This document shows, one piece after another, positions 1 to 9,900 of a stretch of DNA of 64,000 nt. The stretch comes from Clostridia bacterium. Its GTDB lineage: Bacteria; Bacillota; Clostridia; RGIG6154. Position 1 is the stretch's first letter; every line of letters begins with the position of its first letter. The notes under the pieces were generated by a model that was given only the letters and a program-made list of their open reading frames with translations, was not told the origin of the DNA and did not search any database. The translations under genes and the position numbers were made by a program. Location: positions 45,904-109,903 of the forward strand of contig JAZROD010000060.1 in the NCBI GenBank assembly GCA_045648505.1. Reading direction: 5' to 3'.

Positions 1-58
1 GAGAGGTTGTTGTAAATGCAAAAGAATCACTTGGTAAATAAAGAAAGGAAAAAATAAA

Positions 59-1693
59 ATGCCTATTACAGAAATCTTGAAAAAGAATGCGGATTTTTAT
101 CCAAACGATACTGCTCTTGTGGAAATAAACCCACAGTATGAGCAACAGAAAAGAATGACATGGAGAGAATATTCACTTATTGAAGCAAATCCAAACCATG
201 CATACAGAAACGAAATTACATGGGGACAGTTCAATAAAAAAGCAAACCGTCTTGCAAATTTCCTTTTTACAAGAGGCATTAAAAAAGGCGATAAGGTTGC
301 AATTCTTCTTATGAACTGCATTGAGTGGCTTCCTATTTATTTCGGCATTTTAAAGACAGGTGCTTTGGCAGTTCCTCTTAACTACAGATATACTGCGGAT
401 GAAATCAAATATTGTCTTAACCTTGCAGATGCAGATGTTATTTTGTTCGGACCTGAATTTGTTGGCCGTGTGGAAGAAATCTGTGACAGAATTCCTAAAG
501 TTAAAATGTGGCTTTATGTGGGCGATGATTGTCCTACATTTGCAGAAAGCTATGATAATTTAGTGGGCTATTGTTCATCAAAAGAACCAAAGGTTGAGCT
601 TACAGATGAAGACGAAGCTGCTATATACTTCTCATCAGGAACAACAGGCTTCCCAAAAGCTATTGTTCACGCCCATAAAGCTTTAATGCATTCTTGTATG
701 GCAGAGCAGGCACATCACGGACAGACAAAAGATGATGTTTTCCTTTGTATTCCGCCTCTTTACCACACAGGTGCTAAAATGCATTGGTTCGGAAGCTTTT
801 TAGTTGGTGCAAAATCAGTTATCTTAAAGGGTGTTAATCCACAGTGGATTATTAAAGCGGTTCACGAAGAAAAATGCACAATCGTATGGCTTTTAGTTCC
901 GTGGGCACAGGATATTTTAGACGCTATCGAAAGAAAAGAAATTGACCTTTCTCAATATGAAATTGACCAGTGGAGATTGATGCACATTGGTGCACAGCCT
1001 GTTCCACCAAGCCTTATAAAGAGATGGAAACAAATTTTCCCTAATCATCAGTATGACACAAACTACGGTCTTTCAGAATCAATCGGACCTGGTTGTGTTC
1101 ACCTTGGTGTTGAAAACATCGATAAAGTTGGTGCTATCGGTCAGGCAGGCTTCGGTTGGGAAGCAAGAATCATCAATCCGGACGGCACAGAAGTTGAAAA
1201 AGGCGAGGTTGGTGAACTTGCAGTTAAAGGTCCCGGCGTAATGCTTTGCTACTACAAAGACGAAAAAGCTACCAACGAAATTTTAAAAGATGGTTGGCTT
1301 TACACAGGTGATATGGCACAGGAGAAAGATGGCTTCATCTACCTTGTTGACAGAAAGAAAGATGTTATCATTTCAGGTGGTGAAAACATTTACCCTGTTC
1401 AGATTGAAGACTTCTTAAGAAAACACGACAAAGTTAAAGACGCCGCAGTTATCGGTCTTCCTGATAGCAGACTTGGAGAAATCACAGCTGCAATCATAGA
1501 AGCAAAAGATGGTATGACATTAACAGCAGAGGAAATTGACGAGTTCTGCCTTGACCTTCCAAGATACAAAAGACCTAAAAAGGTTATTATTGCAGATGTT
1601 CCAAGAAACCCAACCGGAAAAATCGAAAAACCAAAGCTTCGCAAGATGTACGCAGGAGAGAATCTTGTTGCCAAACAGAACGAACTCCAATAA
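59..1693 (+). CDS. AMP-dependent acyl-CoA synthetase/ligase (fatty-acid--CoA ligase family)
   Basis: 544-aa ORF with the AMP-binding signature YFSSGTTGFPKA and C-terminal adenylate-forming motifs (YTGD...GEI...K). RBS-like aaaggaaaa lies upstream. Confidence 0.85.
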   Translation: MPITEILKKNADFYPNDTALVEINPQYEQQKRMTWREYSLIEANPNHAYRNEITWGQFNKKANRLANFLFTRGIKKGDKVAILLMNCIEWLPIYFGILKTGALAVPLNYRYTADEIKYCLNLADADVILFGPEFVGRVEEICDRIPKVKMWLYVGDDCPTFAESYDNLVGYCSSKEPKVELTDEDEAAIYFSSGTTGFPKAIVHAHKALMHSCMAEQAHHGQTKDDVFLCIPPLYHTGAKMHWFGSFLVGAKSVILKGVNPQWIIKAVHEEKCTIVWLLVPWAQDILDAIERKEIDLSQYEIDQWRLMHIGAQPVPPSLIKRWKQIFPNHQYDTNYGLSESIGPGCVHLGVENIDKVGAIGQAGFGWEARIINPDGTEVEKGEVGELAVKGPGVMLCYYKDEKATNEILKDGWLYTGDMAQEKDGFIYLVDRKKDVIISGGENIYPVQIEDFLRKHDKVKDAAVIGLPDSRLGEITAAIIEAKDGMTLTAEEIDEFCLDLPRYKRPKKVIIADVPRNPTGKIEKPKLRKMYAGENLVAKQNELQ

Positions 1694-1875
1694 TTGCGGA
1701 AAAAATTCTGCATCTTGCACTATTTTCCTCCTTTATGTACACAAAGTACACGACAGTCGGAAAAATAGCACAATCTACAAAATTTTTTCTCGCAATTAAG
1801 TGTGTGAAGTACACGACGCTACGCATCAACACAAACTACAACAAAATTTCCTCACAAATTAGTATGGTGCTTATA

Positions 1876-2178
1876 CAAAAATAATCCACGAGTTATGCCG
1901 AGTGTCCTTAAGGACACTCGGCAACGATATTAATTTCTAGCGAAATTAGCGATATTACTGCGTAGCGATATTATGCTTTGCACAGCGATATTCCCTTCGG
2001 GAGTTAATTAATATCATATCGTTGCGAAGCAATATCGCTTTTGTGTAACAAAAATATCATTCGAACGAATGTGAGAATATCGCTAAAATATAGCAACCGT
2101 GTCGGTTGCTATATTTTACTTTTATAACAAAGAAAGTGTCCTTACGGACACTTCTCATAAGACTCGTGGATTATTTTG
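1876..2178. repeat. ~300-bp imperfect palindromic MITE-like element with ~45-bp terminal inverted repeats and internal GCGATATT/AATATCGC octamer copies
   Basis: Left arm caaaaataatccacgag..gagtgtccttaaggacactc (1876-1921) matches the reverse complement of the right arm aagtgtccttacggacact..ctcgtggattattttg (2135-2178). There are 4 forward GCGATATT copies (1925-1992) and mirrored AATATCGC copies (2031-2083) around the centre cccttcggga. Confidence 0.45.
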
Positions 2179-3710
2179 TATGCGCAGTTTATGCCGTCGA
2201 GAGCGGAAGACATTATTCCACCTGCATAGCCTGCTCCTTCGCCGATAGGGAACAGTCCTTTTATGTTTGACTGGAAGGTTTCATCTCTTAAAATTCTTAA
2301 AGGTGCAGAGCTTCTTGTTTCAACACCTGTTAAAACTGCATCGTTGAAGTTAAAGCCTTTCATTTTCTTATCGAAATCTACCAGTGCATATTTAAGCATT
2401 TCAATAACAAAATCAGGAAGAACATCTTTGATTGATGTGTATTTAACACCTGGCAGATAAGAGGGGTTAACTTCTCCTGCCTTTGTGCTTTCTCTGTCTG
2501 CAAGAAAATCGCCTACAAGCTGAACGGGAGCAAAATAGTTTTCTCCGCCTTTGATAAAAGCTTTTTCTTCAAGGTCTTCCTGAAATTTTATGGCATCCAA
2601 AACTCCGCCCTTTATATCTTCAGGAAGAACAGAAACCAAAAGTGCCGCATTTGAGTTTTCTTCATTACGGGCAAAGTAACTCATACCGTTTGTAACAACC
2701 TGTCTTTCTCCCGATGCACCGCAAACAACCACACCGCCCGGACACATACAAAAGGTGTATGCACCTCTGTCATCTTTATGACAGGAAAGCTTATAGTCTG
2801 CCGCAGGGAGAGTTTCTGCCCACTCTACTGATTTATACTGAATAAGGTTTATGTGTTTTCGTTTATGTTCAATTCTTACGCCTACGGAAAATGGTTTTTT
2901 CTCCATTTCAACTCCTTTATCAAAAAGCATACGATAAGTGTCACGACTACTGTGACCAGTTGCAAGAATTAATTTAGCACAGTTAATTGTACCTTTATCA
3001 GTAACAACTGCAGAGATAGAATTATTTTCAACAATTATATCTGTAAGGGTTGTATTAAAAAGAACTTCACCGCCAAGGGATATGATTTCTTCTCTTATAT
3101 TTTTGACGGTTGTATATAAATAATCTGTGCCGATGTGGGGCTTTGCAAGATATTTAATTTCTTCAGGTGCACCGTGTTTAACAAATTCATCAAGCACAAA
3201 AGGAATTTTGTTGTTATTTAATCCGCAGGTTAATTTACCGTCTGAGAAAGTACCTGCACCACCCTCGCCGAACTGAATGTTTGAATTAAGGTTAAGCTTG
3301 CCTGTTTTGAAAAATGTATCGACTGAAGCTTTTCTTTCTTCAACCTTTTCTCCTCTTTCAAGAATAACGGGCTTCATACCGCATCTTGCAAGCATAAGTC
3401 CGCAGAAAAGTCCTGCAGGACCTGAACCTGCAATAACGATTTTTTCTTCCTTCCCCGATGTATAAGGAAAGACATAGCTGTTATCTTCATATACAGAAAC
3501 ATTGCCTGAATTAAGAAAGCTTTTTTCGCTTTTCACCTCTGCCTTAAAGGTGCAGACATAGTGAATAAAATCCCTTTTTCTGCAGTCAAGGGATTTTCTC
3601 AAAATTTCTGTATTTAAAATATTTTCTTCCGTTGTTTTAAGCGTCTTTGCAACTGCTTTTTTGTAGTTGGTGTCAAGAGGGCTTAATTTAACATTGCTTA
3701 TTTTTATCAT
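2142..3710 (-). CDS. FAD-dependent dehydrogenase (COG2509-like NAD(FAD)-utilising protein)
   Basis: Dinucleotide-binding motif IAGSGPAGLFCGLMLAR lies mid-protein. Likely start is MIKISN at 3710, forming an ATGA overlap with the stop of the upstream gene; the 3749 start is an alternative. Confidence 0.7.
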   Translation of the reverse strand: MIKISNVKLSPLDTNYKKAVAKTLKTTEENILNTEILRKSLDCRKRDFIHYVCTFKAEVKSEKSFLNSGNVSVYEDNSYVFPYTSGKEEKIVIAGSGPAGLFCGLMLARCGMKPVILERGEKVEERKASVDTFFKTGKLNLNSNIQFGEGGAGTFSDGKLTCGLNNNKIPFVLDEFVKHGAPEEIKYLAKPHIGTDYLYTTVKNIREEIISLGGEVLFNTTLTDIIVENNSISAVVTDKGTINCAKLILATGHSSRDTYRMLFDKGVEMEKKPFSVGVRIEHKRKHINLIQYKSVEWAETLPAADYKLSCHKDDRGAYTFCMCPGGVVVCGASGERQVVTNGMSYFARNEENSNAALLVSVLPEDIKGGVLDAIKFQEDLEEKAFIKGGENYFAPVQLVGDFLADRESTKAGEVNPSYLPGVKYTSIKDVLPDFVIEMLKYALVDFDKKMKGFNFNDAVLTGVETRSSAPLRILRDETFQSNIKGLFPIGEGAGYAGGIMSSALDGINCAYKIIHESYEKCP

Positions 3711-4933
3711 AATGCCTTTCCAACCATATATCCGCTTGACCACGCCCATTGAAGGTTGTAGCCACCGCAGATTCCGTCAACATCAAGAACCTCACCGCAG
3801 GCAAACAGTCCTGAAACTTTTGTTGATTCAAGGGTTTTTATGTCAAAATCTTCGATTTTAATTCCGCCTGCAGTAACCTGAGAGTTTTTAAAGGGCATAA
3901 CAGATAAAAGTTTAACTCTGAAAGCTTTTATGTTATTTACAATCTCTTTTATTTCTGCCCCTGAAAGCTCTTTTGCTAAAGTGTTGAACTTTTTGTCTGT
4001 GGATTTTTTAATTATCATCTGACCGCATCTTTTTGAAAACACGCCTGTGAAAAAGTCTTCAAGTGGCTTATGTCCCTGTGTTTTCAATCTGTTTTGTATC
4101 AGCGTTTTCACCTCGTCGTAGGTGAATTCCTGCATAAAGTCTATAATGCAGTATATGTCTTTTTGGTTTTTCTCTGAAAAGTGTTTTGAAACCGACCTTG
4201 AAAGGTTAAAGCCAAGTGGACCTGAAAGTCCGTATTCGGTGAAATGCATTTCGTCAGTGCCTTTGTCAATGGTTTTGCCGTCAACATCAATTTTTGCAGA
4301 AACGGTGATTTTTGTGCCGTTTAATGCCTTTGTATATGTGTTGTCGCACTTAATCTGCACAAGGCTCTGAAAAACAGGGTTCATTTTATGACCGAAAGCT
4401 TTTAAAAATGTGTAGCCGTCACCGTCTGAACCTAAATTTTCACCGCTCATACCACCGCAGGCTATAACTATTTTTTCAAATTCGAGGGTTTCTTTTTCAC
4501 CAAACACTCTGAAAATATTACCTTTTTTCTCTATTTTTAAAACTTTGAAGCCTGTTTTTTCTTCAACACCAAGTCTTTGATTTTCCATACGAAGAACATC
4601 AAGTACAGAAGATGCCTGAAGGCTTCTTGGATATATTTTCCCTTTATCGCCTGTGGTAAAAAGAAGTCCCAATTTTTCAAAGGACTCCTGTGTATCTGTG
4701 TTAGAGAAAACAGATAAAGCTTCCTTCACATAATTTGTGTCAGAGGCGTAGAAAAATTCCACACCCATATCACGGTTGGTTAAATTACACCTTCCGTTGC
4801 CTGTTGCGAGAATTTTTTTACCGCACTTATCTGCTTTTTCTATTATATAAATTTTGTTTTTAGGGTTGTTTTTCTTTGCAACAAGACCGCAAAACAGTCC
4901 CGATGCACCACCGCCTATAATTCCTATTCTCAT
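3707..4933 (-). CDS. HI0933/BaiN-like flavoprotein (aminoacetone-oxidase family FAD/NAD(P)-binding protein)
   Basis: N-terminal MRIGIIGGGASGLFCG Rossmann motif. The 408-aa length is typical of the HI0933 family. It is translationally coupled to the mscL stop (4930-4933). Confidence 0.8.
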   Translation of the reverse strand: MRIGIIGGGASGLFCGLVAKKNNPKNKIYIIEKADKCGKKILATGNGRCNLTNRDMGVEFFYASDTNYVKEALSVFSNTDTQESFEKLGLLFTTGDKGKIYPRSLQASSVLDVLRMENQRLGVEEKTGFKVLKIEKKGNIFRVFGEKETLEFEKIVIACGGMSGENLGSDGDGYTFLKAFGHKMNPVFQSLVQIKCDNTYTKALNGTKITVSAKIDVDGKTIDKGTDEMHFTEYGLSGPLGFNLSRSVSKHFSEKNQKDIYCIIDFMQEFTYDEVKTLIQNRLKTQGHKPLEDFFTGVFSKRCGQMIIKKSTDKKFNTLAKELSGAEIKEIVNNIKAFRVKLLSVMPFKNSQVTAGGIKIEDFDIKTLESTKVSGLFACGEVLDVDGICGGYNLQWAWSSGYMVGKAL

Positions 4934-5346
4934 TTTGATGCTTTTAAAGTATCTCTGATTTCTGTAAGAAGCTCTTCAACTGTTGGCTTTGCAGGCTCTT
5001 CAATTTTTACTTCTTCTTCCTTCTTTTCAAATTTATCTCTTATTTTACCCATCAATGTTATAATTGCAAAAATAGAAATCGCAATAATAAAGAAATCTAT
5101 GATGTTCTGTATAAACATACCATATTTGATTGCAACCTCTGCGGTTTCTTCTGTTGCAGGTGTTAAAACATATTTTAAATCTGCAACTGAAACATTTGCT
5201 GTTATATAGCCAAAAAACGGAGTAATGATGTCTGAAACAAGAGATGTTACGATTTTTCCGAAAGCACCGCCCACAACAACGCCGACTGCCATATCGATTA
5301 CATTGCCCTTAAAAGCAAATTCTTTGAATTTTTTAAACATATTCAT
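4930..5346 (-). CDS. mscL: Large-conductance mechanosensitive channel MscL
   Basis: 138-aa protein with FKEFAFKGNVIDMAVGVVVGGAFGKIV, the canonical MscL TM1 signature. Confidence 0.9.
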   Translation of the reverse strand: MNMFKKFKEFAFKGNVIDMAVGVVVGGAFGKIVTSLVSDIITPFFGYITANVSVADLKYVLTPATEETAEVAIKYGMFIQNIIDFFIIAISIFAIITLMGKIRDKFEKKEEEVKIEEPAKPTVEELLTEIRDTLKASK

Positions 5347-5354
5347 TTCTCCTT

Positions 5355-7097
5355 TTACATTCTGTCAGGAATTTCTATTGCAAGAATATCCATCATTCTT
5401 ATTAACATATCAAGTGCAAGCTTTAATGTTGCAATTCTTGATTTTCTCTTTTGTTCGTCTTCTTCTGCAAGCACTTTGTATTCGTGATAATACTTATTAA
5501 GTGCCTGAGCAAGCTTATATGCATATTCTGCAACCGCGCTTGGTGCAAAATCTGCTGCAGCATTTTCAAGTGCAGTCTGGAACTCTGTTAAAAGAAGGAA
5601 GAGTTCTGTCTGAACATCGCCTTCTGATTTAAGGATTTCACCGTCTGCAGAATCTGTTGCTTTATTGATGATTGATGCGGCTCTTACTGCGCTGTACTGA
5701 ATGTATGGGCCTGTCTTTCCTTCAAATGAACAGAATTTATCAATATCAAAAACATAGTCCTTGCTTCTGTGGTTTGAAAGGTCTGCAAATTTAAGTGCAC
5801 CTATTCCAACTCGTCTTGCAATTTCTTTAAGCTCTGCTTCGTTAATGTCACCGCTGATTGCATCTTTAACTCTGTTGTACGCTTCAATTTCTAAAGTATT
5901 GATTAAGTCTTCAAGACGCATAACTCCGCCTTCACGGGTTTTGTATGGCTTACCGTCTTTACCGTTCATTGTGCCGAAGCCTGCAAAGAAGAGTTCTGTT
6001 TTTTCTTTTGCAATCTGTGTTTTTCTTGCAGCTCTGAAAAGCTGTTTGAAGTGAGTTCCCTGTCTGTTGTCAACAACATAAACAATAAGGTCAGGGTCAA
6101 AGTCTTCGTTTCTCATTATGATTGTAGCAAGGTCAGTTGTGTCGTAAAGTGCGGCACCGTCTGACTTAAGAAGCATAAGTGGTGGAAGCGGAGGGTTGTC
6201 TGTTTCTTCTGTAATATCAACAACAAGACATCCTTCGTCTTCTCTTGCAAGACCTTTATTCTTTAAATCTTCAATCATAGCAGGAATAATATCTCTTACA
6301 TCTGATTCGCCCTTCCAAAGGTCGAAATCAACTAAAAGTCTTGAATAGTTTTTCTTTAAATCTTCAATTGAAACTGCAAGGACTGTTTCCCAGATTTCAA
6401 AGTAAATACCTTCGCCCTTCTGAAGCTCAAATGTAAGCTTTTTACAATGCTCCATAACTTCAGGGTCTTCTTTAGCCTGTGCAGATTTTGCAGGATATGT
6501 TTTTTCAAGAACAGAGATTGTGATATATTTTTCCCTGTCTTCTTTAGTCATAAGATTTTCAAGACCGAACTGCTCGATAATTCCTGCAATAACCATACCC
6601 ATCTGAAGTCCCCAGTCCCCAAGATGAACATCACCATAAACATTGTGACCAAGGGTTTTGAAGAGTCTTTTTACAGATTCACCGATAATTGCGCTTCTTA
6701 AATGACCTACATGAAGAGATTTCGCAACATTTGCTCCACCGTAGTCAATAACAATTGTTTTTGCTTTTTCAGGCTTGTCAAGAAGGAAATCTTCGCTGTT
6801 TTTCATTTTGTTTATATAGTCACACAAAAATTCGTCCGATACATCCATATTAAGAAATCCCGGAGGACAAGCTTCAACCTTTTTGAAGGTTTTGCTTTCT
6901 TTTAAAATATCTGCAATTTCGTTTGCAATATCAAGAGGCTTTTTCTTATGTATTTTTGCAAGTGGCATACAGCCGTTGCACTGATACATACAAAGGTCAG
7001 GTCTGTTTGAAACAGAAACGCTGCCGTATTCTTTTTCGTAGCCTGCTTTTTCAAATGCATTTTTAACTTCGTTTGTAAGCAATCCTTTAAAACTCAT
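5355..7097 (-). CDS. argS: Arginine--tRNA ligase
   Basis: 580-aa class I aaRS with the HVGHLRSAIIGE (HIGH) motif and DALR anticodon-binding C-terminus. Confidence 0.9.
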   Translation of the reverse strand: MSFKGLLTNEVKNAFEKAGYEKEYGSVSVSNRPDLCMYQCNGCMPLAKIHKKKPLDIANEIADILKESKTFKKVEACPPGFLNMDVSDEFLCDYINKMKNSEDFLLDKPEKAKTIVIDYGGANVAKSLHVGHLRSAIIGESVKRLFKTLGHNVYGDVHLGDWGLQMGMVIAGIIEQFGLENLMTKEDREKYITISVLEKTYPAKSAQAKEDPEVMEHCKKLTFELQKGEGIYFEIWETVLAVSIEDLKKNYSRLLVDFDLWKGESDVRDIIPAMIEDLKNKGLAREDEGCLVVDITEETDNPPLPPLMLLKSDGAALYDTTDLATIIMRNEDFDPDLIVYVVDNRQGTHFKQLFRAARKTQIAKEKTELFFAGFGTMNGKDGKPYKTREGGVMRLEDLINTLEIEAYNRVKDAISGDINEAELKEIARRVGIGALKFADLSNHRSKDYVFDIDKFCSFEGKTGPYIQYSAVRAASIINKATDSADGEILKSEGDVQTELFLLLTEFQTALENAAADFAPSAVAEYAYKLAQALNKYYHEYKVLAEEDEQKRKSRIATLKLALDMLIRMMDILAIEIPDRM

Positions 7098-7581
7098 TTA
7101 ACTTTAGTCCTTTCACAATATCATCTGTTTTAGCATCCACAAGGGCAATAAGACCTTTGGTGGGAAGCTCCATCATATCACCGATTCTGCCTGCAGAAAC
7201 AATGATTGTTTCAAAGTCAAGACAGGATTTGTCTATGACAGTTTTATATTTTTTCTTCATTCCGACGGGAGTGCAACCGCCTCTTATGTAGCCCGTTACA
7301 GCATTTATGTCTTTAACGGCGATCATTTCCACATTTTTTTCGCCAACTGCCTTTGCCGCAAGCTTCATATCAAGCTCGCATTCCACGGGGATTACAAAAA
7401 CAAAATAATTCTTGCTTTTGCCAACGGTTACAAGGGTTTTGAAAACTTTTTCTTTCGGCATACCGATTTTTTCGGCAATCTCGATTCCGTCTTTGAATTC
7501 ATCGCACTCATAGTGGTGGATTTTATAAGAAATTTTGTTTTTTTCTGCGATTCTTACCGCATTTGTCTTAATTTTATCCAT
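7087..7581 (-). CDS. ybaK: YbaK/ProX-type Cys-tRNA(Pro) deacylase
   Basis: The conserved part starts at MDKIKTNAV (ATG at 7581) and carries a GYIRGGCTPVG-like motif. The upstream 85 codons of the listed ORF are low-complexity and overlap the promoter region. It overlaps the argS start by 11 nt. Confidence 0.75.
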   Translation of the reverse strand: MDKIKTNAVRIAEKNKISYKIHHYECDEFKDGIEIAEKIGMPKEKVFKTLVTVGKSKNYFVFVIPVECELDMKLAAKAVGEKNVEMIAVKDINAVTGYIRGGCTPVGMKKKYKTVIDKSCLDFETIIVSAGRIGDMMELPTKGLIALVDAKTDDIVKGLKLNEF

Positions 7582-7668
7582 AGCACTTATATTGTAGCAA
7601 AAAAAACAATGATTGTAAACATAATTTAGAAATTTTTGTGAAATGTATCTATAAATTATACAAATAGG

Positions 7669-7697
7669 TTGACTTTGTATCAAAAAAAATGTATAAT
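7669..7697 (+). promoter_or_regulatory. sigma-70-like promoter (TTGACT-17-TATAAT) for the prsA-like gene
   Basis: ttgact at 7669-7674 and tataat at 7692-7697 with a 17-nt spacer, ~40 nt upstream of the ATG at 7736. Confidence 0.45.
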
Positions 7698-7735
7698 AGC
7701 TAAATGGAAATATAGTATACAAAGGAGAGATTATT

Positions 7736-8839
7736 TTGAAGAAGATAATTAGTTTAGTTCTCTGCGTTGTTATGATGGCTACATTATTCACAGCGTGCGA
7801 CAGAACACTTTCAATGGAAAAAATTCTTGAAGACACAGAAATCGTTATGGGTAAAGCAGGAAGCCAGGATGTTTATGCTTACGAAATGCTTTATCTTATG
7901 AGCATGGGCTATGATGCAGATACTGCTTTCGAGGAACTCGTATCTATTAAGGTTATGATGCAGAAAGCTATCGATAGTAATATTTCTCTTACAGAAGAAG
8001 AAATCAAAGGTTTTGAAGAAGAACTTAATGCAATGGTTGAACAGTACGGCGGACAGGAAGCTTTTGATGAAATCCTTGCTTCATTCGGCTTAACATTTGA
8101 CCAGTACAAAGCTATTATGACAATGTCTGAAACAGTTACAAAATTCAATGGCGAAGCTGTTAAGCTCGGACTTTTCACAGAAGCTACAGAAGAAGAAGCT
8201 AAAGCATATTTTGATGGCAACTTCATTAAAGCAAAACACATTTTATTTACAACTGTAAATTCAGAAACAGGCGAAGCATTAGCTGAAGAAGAAATTGCAA
8301 ACAAACAGAAACTTGCTGAAGATACACTTGCAAAAATCAAAGCAGGCGCAGATTTTGACAGCTTTGCAAACTTGAACGAAGACCCAGGTTCAGCTACACA
8401 GCCTGAAGGATATGTTTTTGCAGTTACTGCAAACATTAAAGATGAAAATGTTTTAAACACACTTCAGCAGGCAGGTTACAGCATGGTTCCTGAATTTGAA
8501 CAGGGTGCATACGAACTTGAAATTGGTGCAATTTCAGAACTCGTTCCAACATCTTATGGTTACCACATCATCAAGAGAGTTGAAATGACAGACGCAGATT
8601 ACGAAGCAAACAAAACAACAATTTTAAATGTTCTTAACAATGCTAAATATCTTACAGCTATTGAAGGTTGGAAAGAAGCATACAAAATTAAGAAAAATGA
8701 AAAGATGATTGCATCTATCAACATGGAAGAATTCCAGGCAATTTTAGCTGCTAAAGCTGAAGAAAAAGCTCCAGTTGAAGAAGCTCCTGTTGAAGAAGGC
8801 GTTGCAGAGGAAACTCCTGCAGAAGAAACAGCTGAATAA
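7736..8839 (+). CDS. PrsA-like foldase lipoprotein (parvulin-type peptidyl-prolyl isomerase domain)
   Basis: Signal peptide with lipobox LFTAC. PpiC/parvulin motifs AKHILF and SYGYHIIKRVE. Acidic PVEEA-repeat C-terminal tail. Confidence 0.75.
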   Translation: MKKIISLVLCVVMMATLFTACDRTLSMEKILEDTEIVMGKAGSQDVYAYEMLYLMSMGYDADTAFEELVSIKVMMQKAIDSNISLTEEEIKGFEEELNAMVEQYGGQEAFDEILASFGLTFDQYKAIMTMSETVTKFNGEAVKLGLFTEATEEEAKAYFDGNFIKAKHILFTTVNSETGEALAEEEIANKQKLAEDTLAKIKAGADFDSFANLNEDPGSATQPEGYVFAVTANIKDENVLNTLQQAGYSMVPEFEQGAYELEIGAISELVPTSYGYHIIKRVEMTDADYEANKTTILNVLNNAKYLTAIEGWKEAYKIKKNEKMIASINMEEFQAILAAKAEEKAPVEEAPVEEGVAEETPAEETAE

Positions 8840-8845
8840 ATTATT

Positions 8846-8876
8846 AAAATGCAGAGAAAAAATCTCTGCATTTTTC
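8846..8876 (+). terminator. rho-independent terminator
   Basis: Hairpin aaatgcagaga/tctctgcattt followed by a T-run. Confidence 0.6.
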
Positions 8877-8888
8877 TATGCGTATTTA

Positions 8889-8917
8889 TTGACATTTTAT
8901 TGAAATTAAAGTATAAT
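8889..8917 (+). promoter_or_regulatory. sigma-70-like promoter (TTGACA-17-TATAAT) upstream of argF
   Basis: ttgaca at 8889-8894 and tataat at 8912-8917. Confidence 0.45.
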
Positions 8918-8966
8918 TATACAGATAATAAACAAAATTTAATCAGTTTGAAAGAAGGTAGACTTT

Positions 8967-9869
8967 ATGAAGCATTTACTCAAGCTTGGAGACCTTACCA
9001 GCGAAGAAATTTTTGAACTTTTAGAGCTTGCTGAAAAGTTGAAATATGAACAGAAAAACAATATCCCGCAGAACTACTTAAAGGGCAAAACACTCGGTAT
9101 GATTTTTGAAAAATCATCAACAAGAACAAGAGTATCTTTTGAAGTTGGTATGCATCAGCTTGGCGGTTATCCACTTTTCTTAAGTTCAAACGATTTGCAG
9201 ATAGGCAGAGGTGAGCCTGTTAATGATACAGCAAGAGTTCTTTCAAGAATGATTGACGGTATTATGATAAGAACTTATGAACAACAAGAGGTTGAAGATT
9301 TAGCTAAATACGGTTCAATCCCTGTTATTAACGGTCTTACAGACTATGCACATCCTTGTCAGGTTCTTGCAGACCTTTTAACAATCAAAGAACATAAAGG
9401 CAAACTTGAAGGGCTTAAAATCTGTTTCGTAGGCGACGGTAACAATATGGCAAACTCAATTATTGTTGGTTGCATAAAAGCAGGCATGAAGGTTGCAATA
9501 GCTTGTCCTTCAACAAATCAGCCTGATAGTGACATTATGGCTTGGGCAAATGAAACCGGAAACCTTTTGGTTACAGATGATATTTTACTTGCAGCTAAAG
9601 ATTCAGATGTTTTATATACAGATGTGTGGGCTTCAATGGGCCAGGAAGCGGAAGCTGAAGAAAGAAAGAAAATCTTCAAAGGCTATCAGATTAATGATGA
9701 ATTAATGTCAGTTGCAAAACCTGATGCAATGGTTCTTCATTGTCTCCCTGCACACAGAGAAGAAGAAATCACTGCAAAAGTTTTTGAGGAACATGCAGAT
9801 GAAATTTTCGATGAAGCAGAAAACAGACTTCACGCACAGAAAGCAGTTTTGGTTAAATTGCTTGGTTAA
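8967..9869 (+). CDS. argF: Ornithine carbamoyltransferase
   Basis: STRTRVSFE, HPCQVLAD, DVWASMG and HCLPA motifs. The SMG and HCLP motifs favour OTCase over ATCase. It sits immediately upstream of carAB. Confidence 0.75.
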   Translation: MKHLLKLGDLTSEEIFELLELAEKLKYEQKNNIPQNYLKGKTLGMIFEKSSTRTRVSFEVGMHQLGGYPLFLSSNDLQIGRGEPVNDTARVLSRMIDGIMIRTYEQQEVEDLAKYGSIPVINGLTDYAHPCQVLADLLTIKEHKGKLEGLKICFVGDGNNMANSIIVGCIKAGMKVAIACPSTNQPDSDIMAWANETGNLLVTDDILLAAKDSDVLYTDVWASMGQEAEAEERKKIFKGYQINDELMSVAKPDAMVLHCLPAHREEEITAKVFEEHADEIFDEAENRLHAQKAVLVKLLG

Positions 9870-9900
9870 TGGCATATAGGAATTATTTATACAGAAAGGA

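Noticed and set aside
1925-2083. Possible CRISPR-like array from the GCGATATT repeats
   Set aside because: The repeats are only 8 nt, irregularly spaced and mirrored around a centre. No cas genes. This is a palindromic element, not CRISPR.
7582-7836. N-terminal 85-codon extension of the 7087..7836 ORF
   Set aside because: Low-complexity hydrophobic sequence that overlaps the prsA-like promoter and RBS region. The conserved YbaK domain starts at the ATG at 7581.
8967-9869. Alternative call as aspartate carbamoyltransferase (pyrB)
   Set aside because: The DVWASMG and HCLPA motifs are OTCase-type (ATCase has HPLPR). No pyrC/pyrI is nearby. argF is retained, though the 300-aa length is short for an OTCase.
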